Shown piece by piece: positions 52,705 to 64,000 of a stretch of 64,000 bases of DNA (its first letter is position 1; each line of letters begins with the position of its first letter). Under the pieces are notes generated by a model. It was not told where the DNA came from. It was given only the letters and a program-made list of their open reading frames with translations, and did no database searches. Made by a program: the position numbers and the translations under genes. This stretch comes from Camelus ferus. Lineage: Eukaryota. The stretch spans positions 17,300,001 through 17,364,000 of the forward strand of contig NC_045696.1 of assembly GCF_009834535.1 (NCBI RefSeq), given 5' to 3'.

Positions 52705-52820
52705 TCCATTTTATTAATGAGGAAACTGAGCTGTGAAGCACAGATTTAGAGTAAAAGGAAAATTGGAATTCAGACTTAGAACTTTTTATTTCATACATCC
52801 TATTTTCACGACTCTGGTCT
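52705..52820 (-). mobile_element. MIR fragment
   Basis: CCATTTTATTAATGAGGAAACTGAG is the MIR core. Confidence 0.7.
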
Positions 52821-54904
52821 GCTTACTACTTATTGATATATTCTGTTTTGTCATATTATATTTTCCAAAGTAGCCTCAATATATACGAGGCAGTAGATGA
52901 AAATGAACTTCTTGATTTAGTGGTTGTTTCTGATGTTGCAATTTTCACCCTGGAGACCCAGTGGACCATTAATCAAATGTCTCCTTCCTGTGATGGCTAG
53001 CCCGGGAATTCTCAAGTCCTATTGGTAATATGTAAAATAGAATTATGCTAACTGTAATACATAAGCAGCCTTAAGACAGTGTGGAAAGAACTTCTAAAAG
53101 TACTTACTGGAACCTAAGAGAAACTTTAGGAAGGAAATATAATAAAGGGACCCTGAACCATGAAAACTGAAGTTTCTTACATAACAGCCATATGACATAC
53201 TTTTCCAACTAATTTTTAGGCATTCTAAAACCAAGTATCTAAGTTACTATGGGATATAAATTTTCTGTAAAAATATTAACTTCTCCCTCAATGTTTTCTA
53301 CATGAAAAATGGGCATTCACAGACATTGATTTCAAAGAAAGAAACTGAAGGAGAATGTGGTCCTAGGCAGATGTGATTGAAAGTATATCACAAAATAATT
53401 ATTCAAGGTTATTTTACAATACTCAATTTAAAATGTTTTAAGTTTTTTCCATGATTTTCCAAAAACCATAAAAATAGTTTCACTTCCCATACACAAACAT
53501 ATGTATGTATAATCTGTATGTGTGTGTATATATATGTATATAAACACATATGCATGAAATATGTATCACATCACATTTTAAACTTTCGGTGGAAATTTCA
53601 CTAGTCATAGCAGTGTAACAAAACTATTTATTTTAGAAATGTTCCATAAGATAACTTTCCCCCTGACATATGATGTGTATACTAAAATATGGTTTTGTTT
53701 AATGTGACTTCACCATTGTTTAATAGTTCTTTGCTTTGTGATAATTTGCTTTAAAATGCTAATCTGATATTGCATCAATTAGGATTTAAGAATTTAGCAA
53801 AAGGAAGAAAAATATTTCCAAAACTCCTTAAACAGATTTTCATCCATAAATCTTTTCCTTTCAATTTCTTAACTGTTTGCCAACTATAGGAAATCTTGTA
53901 TATTTAAATGGTGTGAATTTAAGGGAAACATTTTATGTGTTTTCTCTAGAAACTTTATTTTTGTAATTGGCTTAGTTTAGAACGTCATTGAAGTATCTAA
54001 GTTAAAGCTTTTGGGCAACCTAAGAGAATTATAAGAACATAAAAAAGTCCTCTGTTCTCTGTATATTGAAAAAGTCATTATAAACCACAAATGCTATTTT
54101 TTCTGCTTATCTTTCACATATTCCTTAGGCAATCAGGTGAGAAAACAAAATGAAATACTCAGAGTAAGCTTCAAAATGCACTCTTACTACTCCCTTCTTT
54201 CTCATTTCTTATTGATGACTACACAAATTGTTTTGTTTTCTTATCTGGCATGAAATTTTTCAACTTACTTCTAGGTCCAAGTCAAATAGATCTCTGATAA
54301 GGAAAAAAATGGGATTTTGTCATCAGAGAAGGGAACATTTGGATGAAAAAGCTTGATGTAAACCCAAAATGTCTTTGACCCCTGCTTCTCAACAGACATG
54401 GGTCTTTCAACATAGACTACTTAAAGAGTCAGGTTTTCTTCTTGGGTATCCATTGTCTTTGCCCTGGTTTAGTCCGAGCCAAGGTTTTTATTATTGTGAT
54501 CATGGAATAAAGAAGAAAGATCACTCCATAAAGAGCAAAGCCAAAAGGGAAGTGAGGCAGAGAAGGAGGGAGAGCAGCATTTCATCAGGTCTTGGAAGTG
54601 ATGGAGGAACCTTATTCTAGGGTCTGACAGCAGCCCTTGTCCAGGTGTGTGGTCCACAGTGTTTACACAGGTTTCACCAAAGCCTTACTTTCACCCTGGT
54701 AGAGGCTAAAATGGTCAGTAATGTTAGAAAATCAGGCTGCGGTGATGATGGACAAAGCTCTCTCTGAGCCCCCAAGAAGGCTCAGGGGGCTGGTGAGCCC
54801 AAGAAAATCAAAGAATGGGAGTGAGTGTGACACTTAAAAGGGATCTGGTATAATCTTTGCTTGGTTTGGTTTGGTTTTAGTTTTACCAATATTCCCAGAT
54901 ACTA

Positions 54905-55005
54905 TGTGTGTGTGTTTATATATATATATATATATATATAAAAAACATAGTTATATTTATATATAATTATCAACAAATATATAATATATATTATATATAT
55001 GTATA
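54905..55005. repeat. (TG)n(TA)n microsatellite and AT-rich tail
   Basis: Seen directly. Confidence 0.9.
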
Positions 55006-55637
55006 TCCCAAGTTTAAATTTCTAATTAAATCATATCTATTGGCTATTTATTAATATTATATATAGAATATACTTTTGTTAAATTTTTTTTAAAAAAATT
55101 CTTATTTATATAAAGAATACACACTTCTCTTGCTCTCTTATGAGATGAATCCTTTCTTGATCTTCTCTTAATGTGCACCAGGATGTTTCCCAGATTATGT
55201 GACATGGAACAAGCATAGGCTTATAGGAGACATTTACAAACCAATAAGAGGGTGAGTTTGAGGTCTCTGATCATCCACAACTCTTGTTAAAAAGCAAACA
55301 TAAGATGAAAACTTTAAGTGAAGGAGCCAGGCATTTGGTGTATCAGCTGTCTACATGAGTTGTAGACCTGGGAAATCCAGCCAATTAGTAAAATAGCATC
55401 TTGGGAATTGAGAGAAATAACTGGAAGTTGTTTACTCTACAGCTTCATTACCCTTGGGAAATGGAACTGTCAGTCCTCTAGACTGGAGTAAATCACGGTC
55501 CTAATTGGGCTCTTGCCCAAGTAACCCATAGTAACATTAGAGGTCATTTCTAGACAATCCTGATTATTACACAAAACCTCTTACAAGTAATATATAAAGA
55601 GGAACTTACAAAACTTTACCATTGAGTAGCAGTCCAC

Positions 55638-55667
55638 AACAAACAAACAAACAAACAAACAAACAAA
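55638..55667. repeat. (AAAC)n microsatellite
   Basis: Seen directly. Confidence 0.95.
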
Positions 55668-56569
55668 ACCATGATGCCTTTGTTATGGACAAAATTACTC
55701 ATTGAAATTATACTCAGCCACTGCGTATTTTGAAAAGAAGGAGAAGAATGGTTGAGAGGAATTGGAGAAGGGAGGAAAGATTTCATAAATTAGCCTTAAT
55801 CATTCCCTACTTTAAAATTCTAATCTATTTTTGACTCAAGACTCAACAAGAATAAGCAATATTTTAGAATTATATTTTTGAAAGTAGTTTCTCAACTTTG
55901 GTGGAAAAAATTAGAGCTGTACCTTTGAATGATATTCTTTGTACCACAAAACTGAATGTGGTCAAAATTGTCTTCTTTTATTCTTTTTAATATCTAATAT
56001 CAAGCCACTTTCTTGACCCATATTTCAGTCAAAGAAATATATGATAACATATTTTATTACCTACAAATATTCCATTTCTAGAAGAAAAATTAATGTTTTT
56101 AGTGACACAATTTGCAAATGGTACTTTTTATTTTTTCTAAAAATATAGAAGGTAATCATTTTTGTCTATATTACAGCAAGACTGAAAAGCGTATATAATA
56201 CAAATTAATAACTAAATTTTAAAAAAATATTTATTAGGCCTAGATATTTAAAACTCTAATATATGAAACAATATTCATATTCCATATTGCTATAAAAAAG
56301 ATCTACAAAAATATAAATTTTACAAAATATCTATTACCTAAGTATTTGTTACTAAGTAGGTGACATTTAATGTACTACAATGGAGAGATTTAATCATCAA
56401 TTAAATGATTAATAAAAAATAAAATAATTAGTATTGGAACAAGGCAACACTTTGGCTTGAATTATTTGAGTAGCAAAATTAGGTAATAGGACTATTTAAA
56501 GACTAAGTTCTAAAAAGTTTTGGTGCCTAAATAGAACAAGCTATCCAGGGTATGTCTAAATGTTTTTTT

Positions 56570-56760
56570 CCCCCTTCAGATACTCTCTCCTCTAAGAAAT
56601 CATTCCTCACTGGCATTGACTTACTCTTCTTCTGTGCTATAAACACCACTTTTTACAGATATATATTGTGATTTCACAAATTTTATTTACTTTCTTGTAT
56701 CTTTAGTTCCCCAATTAGATAATAAATTCCTTGAGAAAAGAGGATCCAACCTACATTGAT
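56570..56760 (+). mobile_element. L2 3'-end fragment
   Basis: TTCCCCAATTAGATAATAAATTCCTTGAGAAAAG. Confidence 0.5.
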
Positions 56761-58024
56761 TTACCTGCAGTGAATGGAATCTGAGCCATGAGAGAGAACA
56801 GGCAACTGGAACAAAGCAACCAGTATAGGTTGCTCAAGATAAATGCACTTGAAAAAGATGGTCTGGGAATCTTTGAATATATTTAGATCAAAACTGTGAA
56901 GTTATACTTAATGAAAGTCAGAAAACTAAAGTGTAGATCTTTTGGCCCACCCTCCCAAGCACAGGACCCCAATCAGTCATCCCATTTCCTCTCCCCCCAA
57001 ACCTAAAATAACTAATCTGCCACATTTGGAGCTCAAATTTAATATTTTAGTTAAAGTGAAATGGTGATTAGTCTGTTATTTAGTAACTTGTTATAATCTT
57101 CTTCTTTCAAGTGGGTATCAAATTTGAACTTTAAATAGGTCTTGGGCATTCCTTTTCCTGAAAACTCCACAAATACTCAACACAGCACTATCCCCCATAA
57201 AAATACAAAGGATCGTATAGGATCACAAGAAAATTAGATGTCATTGTAATTTTGTCTTTCCAATTTAGTCCCCTGTCTACTTAGAATGGTAGATAGATTT
57301 TTGCTTAAATTATTGACGTAATTGCTGAGGAATTTTTCTTTACTCTGAGAAAGAAATTCCATTTTACCAATGGGGATCCTGAGAAACGAGTCCTGCAGTT
57401 CCTTTCCATAAAAATCACATCTGTCCTAATATAGAAGAAGTGCTTAACAGCTGTATTAGGAAGACAAATGTGCCTTCACCATATTTTAAAGATGCAGTTT
57501 CCCTCGCTTATGCGGAACACCATGTGTATACTTTGAGGAATTCTCTCAATTTATGTACTAAGAATTCACAGCAAGTCATAAGGTCTGTTGCCTGAGGTTA
57601 CCCTATAGCTATTGCTTTCTCTGTCTCCTGGATATTTTAGTTTGCACATCAAGAACTAATAATTTGACCAGAGTTAGTGGCTACTTTTTGTAGCATTACC
57701 CTTACTAGGTAATATATATGCTACTATAATCTTGAATCTACAACTAATTAGAAAAGTATAATTAAAAACAAAAGTCATTTGTGATTCTTACTTACATTTC
57801 CTTTGCATTTGCCACTGACAGTGCAAATAGAAAATGCATTGACTGTATTTCCATTCCTACCACTTATTTAACATGTGCTAAATATCTAAGGCCATTAGAC
57901 AGTCACATAAACAAATGTAGTTATTTGACTATTATGGCCAAAAAACCACTAAATGATCCTGGATATTAATTAGCTGTATACTTAATTAAAGCAATGTTCA
58001 CAGTGGATCATTTAGTCTTAGAAC

Positions 58025-58230
58025 AGTAGTGGCTAATGCTTTCTGTGTCTGACACTGTTCTAGTGAATTAATGGTCATGAAATCGTCACCAGTTTTATCA
58101 TTTTATCCTTAGAATTATCTTATGAGGGGGATACTATTATAACATGCATCTTAAAGATGAAGAAATGGAGACAAGGGGTTTAATGTAATGTTTCCAAAGT
58201 CAAATCTGAAGAATAAGTTTTATAAACAGG
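58025..58230 (-). mobile_element. MIR
   Basis: TGTGTCTGACACTGTTCTA and TTATGAGGGGGATACTATTAT...AAGATGAAGAAATGGAGACA. Confidence 0.75.
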
Positions 58231-58284
58231 CTTCAAACAAAATGTAACCATGGCACTATTTATCAGAGATTATGAAACAGTAAG

Positions 58285-58620
58285 AGGGGATGATCACAGG
58301 TCAGGAATTCCATTGCTAAATCTTCCATAATTATCTATATGACTTTGGGCAGTCAACTGATGTTTCTGGATTTCAAGAATATTCTCAAAACCACACCCAT
58401 CTAAAGCATCAAATTTCTACTCAATACAGAGTATTTATCTTGTCAAGCCGGTTTCCTCAGTGGCCATTAGGTTTTCAAATATGTTATGGCTTTCATTTAA
58501 ATACTAATACTTGTCGAAGCATTGTGAATGAATACAAGTAATAATGAATGCAAAAGTTAGCACAATTCTTGGCCAAGATGAACCTTTAATAAATCATAAC
58601 TTATATTACCACCACTAGTT
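58285..58620 (+). mobile_element. MIR fragments
   Basis: TATGACTTTGGGCAGTCAACT and GCATTGTGAATGAATA...ATGAATGCAAAAGTTAGCACAATTCTTGGC. Confidence 0.55.
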
Positions 58621-59619
58621 TTGTTATGAACGTAATCCCTACCATTATTGCTAGTATTCATAATACTACAAATACAATTAAACTCTGACATTTTAAAAGA
58701 GCAATTAATAAGATTTTGATAAAGCATTGGATTGTGATTTAAATATTAGTAGGGAACCTAAAATACATAAGAGTTTATAATCTTGAAAACAGAGTGGTTT
58801 ATGCAAAGACACCAAAGAAGTGATGTCACTCTGGCTGTCATCCCCACCAATTTTCTCTCCACCTGGTTTACTCAGCCAGCACTATTAACTTCTTCAATTT
58901 AATTTTATCCCACTCCTCCCCCTAGTGGTACAGTAGTCCTCAGCCCATGTGAAAGAAAGGGGAAGTCTGGGAAATTAAGTTGGTTATTCATTATATACCA
59001 AACACATGTGAAAATAATAGCTGGATATACACATACAGGTGTATTGACTGAAAAAAACCAACTTGGCATTTTAAGAATTTCTTCATGCAGCAGATAATAC
59101 TGACTTCTAGAGAAGAATTAGAGAAGACAATAAATCTTACCCAGGGTTATATTTTTTAAAGAAAATCATAAAGCAAAAAATTGTGAATATTGCACTAGCT
59201 ACTAATGATTATTTATGACTAGTGTTATTTTCACATTTTACTTCTATTTTTAAATAATAATGATGATAATAATAGTAACACAATTTTGGGATTTAATAGT
59301 TAGTTGAAATTTAATAATACTTCTGAAAAGACCTTCAGTATTGATTCACATCTTTTCTTATTTAGCTTTTAAATTTTTCTGTTATTTTAAGGAAGCAAAT
59401 CAACAAGAAAATGAAAGGGAACTCCTTAGACTGTACATTTTTTACACGTAAAAAAAAAAATCAAAATTTCTCATTCTTCTTTGTGTTCTAGTCCTTGGCA
59501 ACATGGCTGACACATAATTGGTGCTCACTACGTACAGGTGGAATCAATTCAGGAGCATTTTTTTTTTTTTTTGAAATCACATAGTAAATATGATCAAATA
59601 TTTAATGTCTGTTTAAGTA

Positions 59620-59842
59620 GAGTTGATCCTTGAACGACACAAATTTGAACTTCGCGGATCCACTTGCACATGGGTTTTTTCAATAAATTCTACAGTTCTA
59701 CACGGTCCGATCTGGAGTTGGTTGAATCTGCAGATGCCGAACTGTGGATTGAGAGAGCCAACTATGGGACTCAAGCACGCAAAAATTTTGGTATCTGAGG
59801 AGGGCCTGGAACTAGTCCCCAGGGTATATGAAGGGATGAGTC
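59620..59842. mobile_element. Tigger2-derived MITE (TcMar-Tigger)
   Basis: AGTTGATCCTTGAACGACACAAATTTGAACTTCGCGGATCCACTT at the left and GGCCTGGAACTAGTCCCC...GAAGGGATGAGTC at the right. Flanked by TA (59618-59619, 59843-59844). Confidence 0.85.
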
Positions 59843-60539
59843 TATTCCCAATTAGTCACTTAAAATAAGTTAATTTATGTTAATGATCAGTCTTCCTAAG
59901 TAATTCAAAAGTCAAATACTAAGGGCAATTTTCATTTTCCACAATCTCTTTATGATAAGAACTTTCTGATTTACTAGTTTATGAAAGATTCTCCATTAAT
60001 GGCAAATTTAGAGACCGTTCTAGAAGGTTAAGTAATCAGTTCATTTGATTATTGGTAGCAGTCAGCACAGTAAGAATGAAATTAAGCCTGGGTTTACGTC
60101 ATTACTTTCATTTCCAAAACAGTTAAAGAGTAAATTATTTAACAGATATGAAAAATAATTTCACTTGGGGATCAAAATTCCTTATGAAATAGGCAAAGGA
60201 CTTTGAAAGAGAAACTCTAAAAGCCAGATATGCAAATTTAATTTAACTTTAATTTCAAGAATAGTCTAGTGTAGGCCTAGATGATACAGAATGTCTCTTG
60301 ATGTTTGAACCAATATGAAACCCAGTAGAGGAAGAAAGTGAATGGAGGGAGAGAAAGGATGAATCAACTTACAAGCAGATCTGATGTTGTTCAGGCAACA
60401 TCTAGTTTTCCCAAGACATCCCTCCTGTCTGCTGACAGGTTGCTTTCTTGCTAAATCTGAGCTGTAAACCAGGATTCCCATTGAGACTTTTGTGCTTGTT
60501 TTTTAAATGAGTCATAGACTTTAATTATTTTTAAGATCA

Positions 60540-60640
60540 TTTTATTTTATTTTTTTCCCCTAACAGAGGCACTGGGAGTTGAACCCAGAACCTCGTGCAC
60601 ACCAAGCACACACTCCACCACTGAGATAAACCCCCCACCC
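60540..60640 (-). mobile_element. tRNA-Ala-derived SINE (camelid vic-1-like)
   Basis: The reverse complement reads GGGGGGTTTATCTCAGTGGTGGAGTGTGTGCTTGGTGTGCACGAGGTTCTGGGTTCAACTCCCAGTGCCTC, followed by an A-rich tail. Confidence 0.87.
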
Positions 60641-61267
60641 ACTGTAACAGAGGTTTTCAAGACATTATTCTATCATGAAATAGTAGTGAATATGGAGAGT
60701 AGAAAATCTGTTCATGCTCTCCTGTGTTTGAAGACAGTGGTCTTGCTTTCAGTTTGAAGCACGCTTTGACCTTGTTAGCAATAGGATTTATGTAGACTTG
60801 TTGGAAAGATTAATAAAAATTGCACAGATTGCTTAAAGTTAATTGATGTAACACTTTCTTTGAAATGGGGTGCCAGCACTATGGAATGACTCGTTCAAAC
60901 TTGGAAAGTAAAAATTGGAACCTTCAGCTCATTCTAACAGATGCTAGCTATCTATGTATTCTGACTTCAGTCCATTGCAAACTGATTTTTGAAATGCTTT
61001 CAAAATTCTGTCCACCTTAACTTCATTTTTGTAACCTCTTTATATATATTTTCACCAAAATCACAGCCTTGCAAATGCTTTCAAAAGCTCATAGAAGTGT
61101 CCTGATGCAAAATAACTTTATTTTCAGTACAGTTACTCTTTTTCATGTGGCGCATTTAAACTTCCTACTTATTTCTAAGTAATATCTACCTGAGGATTCA
61201 ACTATTTCACCTCAGCTAAAAAACCAACAGTGCTTTTGATAAGAATCTAAAGCATACAAGAAACTGA

Positions 61268-61400
61268 ATTCATTCAAATCACTCAACAAATATGCATTGA
61301 GCACCTCTTGTGTAATAGGCACTATCTGTGAACCAAGGATACAGGAATGTACAGAGGAGATACATTACTTGCTCCTCTGTGATTAAGTCTTGCTTTTTCA
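61268..61400 (-). mobile_element. L2 3'-end fragment
   Basis: ATTCATTCAAATCACTCAACAAATATGCATTGAGCACCTCTTGTGTAATAGGCACT. Confidence 0.8.
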
Positions 61401-61619
61401 GTTCAATCATTTGAGTTGGAAGTGATCTTAATACGGACAGGTGTGAGAAATAGCTACCAATTAAAAACAAATCCAAGAGAAAGATCCAGTTTAAAAGATT
61501 ACATTGTTAATTTTCCACTCTTCCTTTAAATTTGTATTAATTCAGTGAAATAATCCATTTTATTAATTCAATGAGCAGCACAAAGATAGATCACTTAAAT
61601 AATATATAATTAATTGTAT

Positions 61620-61825
61620 GTGATTTGTGTGTATATATTTATATAACATATAATATAAATAAGTATGCTGTATATAATATGAATGCTTTATTATATATAA
61701 AACATACTATTTATATTTATATTTATATATATTTCTATTTATATTATGTTTATAATGTATATTTATATATTTATATAATATAATACATATTTATAATATA
61801 ATATATGCATATATATTTATGTGTT
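61620..61825. repeat. AT-rich degenerate (TA)n low-complexity tract
   Basis: Seen directly. Confidence 0.85.
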
Positions 61826-62160
61826 TTATTTAGAATTTGCTTTTTCTCAGTGATCAGACCAAGAAGATAATTAGCCAAATGTTCGAAGATACAAATGCAA
61901 CAGTTTTTAAAATTTAATTAGCTATTTCACAAATTCATCAATCACTAAAGTGAATACATAACCAACAGAAACCTATGCAACAAACTATGAAGTCGGATGC
62001 CTTGTAGATTAAAAAACAGAGAAAGACCAGCTTTGGGGCTAAACCTAACTATTCAGATTCTTCTGAAGTTTGTCAAACTGATTTCCTTATAAGTATTGCA
62101 TGTCCTATCAAGTTTTCTAAAGATAGTGTTGTAGTGATTAAAAATTAAAAAGCAATCTAC

Positions 62161-62881
62161 CAATTTCAGGATATTTATCTAAAAGAATTAAAATCAGGGT
62201 CTCAAAGAAACATCTGCACTCCTGTGTTCACTGCAGCATTATCTACAATAGCCAAGACCTGGAGACAATACAAATGTCCGTCAACAGCTTAGTGGATAAG
62301 GAAGAGGTGGTTTATACATATAATGGAATATTATTCAATCTTTAAAAAAAAGAAGGAAATCCTGCGATATGTGACAACATGGATGAATCTGGACATTACG
62401 GTAAGTGAAATAAGTCAGTCACCGATGAACACGCACTGCTACTTCCACTTAGAGAAAGGAATCTATAATAGCCAAACTCCTGAAAGTAGAAGGTCGAATG
62501 GTGGTTGCCAAGGCCTGGAGGAACGCGGGATATGAGGAGTTGTGGTTCAAAGGGTATAAAACTTCTGTAACACAAGATGAGTAAGTTCTAGAGATCTGCT
62601 AAACAGCATAGTGCCTAGAGTTAACAATACTGAATTGTGCACTTAAAAATTTGTTCAGAGGATGGATCTCATGTTGTGTTCTTATCATCACAAAATAAAT
62701 AAATACATAAATAAATACAATCAAAGAATCATAAGGTAACTTTTAGAGGTATTGACTATATCTATCACTTTGATTGTAGTAATAGTTTTATCATCAAATT
62801 GTATACACTAAATATGTGCAGATTTTATATATCAGCTATACCTCAATAAAGTTGTTAAAAATAATTTTTTAAAGAAAAAAT
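62161..62881 (+). mobile_element. 5'-truncated LINE-1 3' end (L1MA10/L1MB-like) with TSD
   Basis: TGTTCACTGCAGCATTA, AATGGAATATTATTCA, TGGTGGTTGCCA, TAAGTTCTAGAGATCTGCT and CTCAATAAAG followed by an A-rich tail. TSD AAGCAATCTAC at 62150-62160 and 62882-62892. Confidence 0.95.
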
Positions 62882-63814
62882 AAGCAATCTACTTTACTAG
62901 AGTTTTAATAATGAATTGCTTTACATATGTTTGCAATGAACAACAAAGCAGCATATCCTGTGATCATTTTAATAGACAGCATGAATATAAATTTATTCAA
63001 AAATCAAAATAATCTGTAAGAAACACCGTGCCTATTTTAGCCTAAGACCAAGAATTCCACTCAACGTGAGCAACTCTAGCTACAGACCCATGGTTGCTGT
63101 CAGCCAGCTTGACGGTGCTGTCTCTCCTTAACCCTGAGTAGCATAATCAGTTAGTCACTCAAACAAACAAGCTCATAGAAACAACAGATGCTCCATCCAC
63201 GGAGTCAGGGTCACATCAGGATTCAGCCTGATGCCCTTCCTTTTTCGATGCTTAGAAACCAGCACAATCACTGAGGAGAATAAAAAAGAAAAAAAAAAAA
63301 AGGAAAGGGAAAAAAAAGAAATCAATGTGAACAGGTTCTAGTACCATTTATTCTCTGCAGTTTACTTAATTTTGGAAACCGTTTGCAGACTTCTAACTTG
63401 GATAGTGTTGACTGAGTAGTTCTCAGTTTCACTAGTCATTTATTTTCTGCTTACCCCTTTGAAATTTACAAGTTTTCTACTTCCTTTAAAAAAAGCCCAT
63501 GTATTACTGATGAAGTACTCTCTAATGTGATAAAAATGCCCCAGACACAAAGACTTATTTACTTCCACAGGGAAGATGATCATTTTGATTCTGTATTCAT
63601 GATACGCACTTTTCAACTAAATCTAGAACGCTGTACGGCTTTTCTACACTAGCAGTATCTAAAGATCTTCAGTGAGTTCTAAAGCCATATGTAATCCAGT
63701 ATTGAAACTCTCACAGAGTAGTCAACATTTCAAAGGGCAAATGTGAGTTTGAGCCTCACTATTAGATTTCAGTATTGGTAATTGTGGCAAAGTTTCAGTG
63801 CATGCTAGTTATTG

Positions 63815-64000
63815 TGTTCCTGGAGTCAGGAGCTCGCAGAATTCTTCAATGCCACATGCAACTTGAATGACCTTAGGCAAGTTCTTAATCTGTCTAAGCT
63901 TCAGTAATATCTCTTATGACATGATTTTAAATTTTTGATGTTAGATCGCTGAGTTGATGCAAGTGAAGTCTAAGCAAAGTGTTGCATAATTGATAAACAT
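63815..64000 (+). mobile_element. MIR
   Basis: CTGGAGTCAG...TGACCTTAGGCAAGTTCTTAATCTGTCTAAGCTTCAGT. Confidence 0.8.

Noticed and set aside
54742..54767. C/D-box snoRNA (GTGATGA ... CTGA)
   Set aside because: The boxes are only about 15 nt apart, with no terminal stem and no suitably placed later D box.
58025..58620. Inverted MIR pair as a dsRNA/editing substrate
   Set aside because: The copies are too diverged and fragmentary for stable pairing.
1..64000. Prokaryotic-type systems (CRISPR array, operon, defence island) or an intact retroelement
   Set aside because: The sequence is mammalian and repeat-rich, with no ORF above 113 aa, no regularly spaced repeats, and no intact gag/pol or L1 ORFs.

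Overview
This is AT-rich, CpG-depleted placental mammal DNA, most likely intergenic or deep intronic. It is probably from a camelid. Two short tRNA-Ala-derived SINEs resemble the camelid vic-1 type, there is a cetartiodactyl-type L1 3' end, and I saw no Alu, B1/B2, Bov-tA/BovB, PRE-1 or Can-SINE. I found no supportable protein-coding gene, RNA gene, CpG island or CRISPR array. The short ORFs in the track are chance ORFs or read through repeats. Much of the window is decayed transposable elements: L1, L2, MIR, MaLR (MLT1), MLT2, LTR16, two younger ERV-type solo LTRs, and hAT/Tigger DNA-transposon relics, several of them nested and with visible target-site duplications (TSDs). The most notable oddities are (i) a ~310-bp collapsed L1 that joins the 5' UTR directly to a late ORF2 piece, with a fold-back palindrome at its 3' break and a 12-bp flanking direct repeat; (ii) several isolated exon-like segments with good splice sites, suggesting a possible lncRNA; and (iii) repeat-free, motif-rich blocks, one containing a ~75-nt hairpin. 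I found no convincing novel biological system. Repeat subfamily names come from recalled consensus motifs and need RepeatMasker/Dfam confirmation. Most repeat boundaries are approximate.
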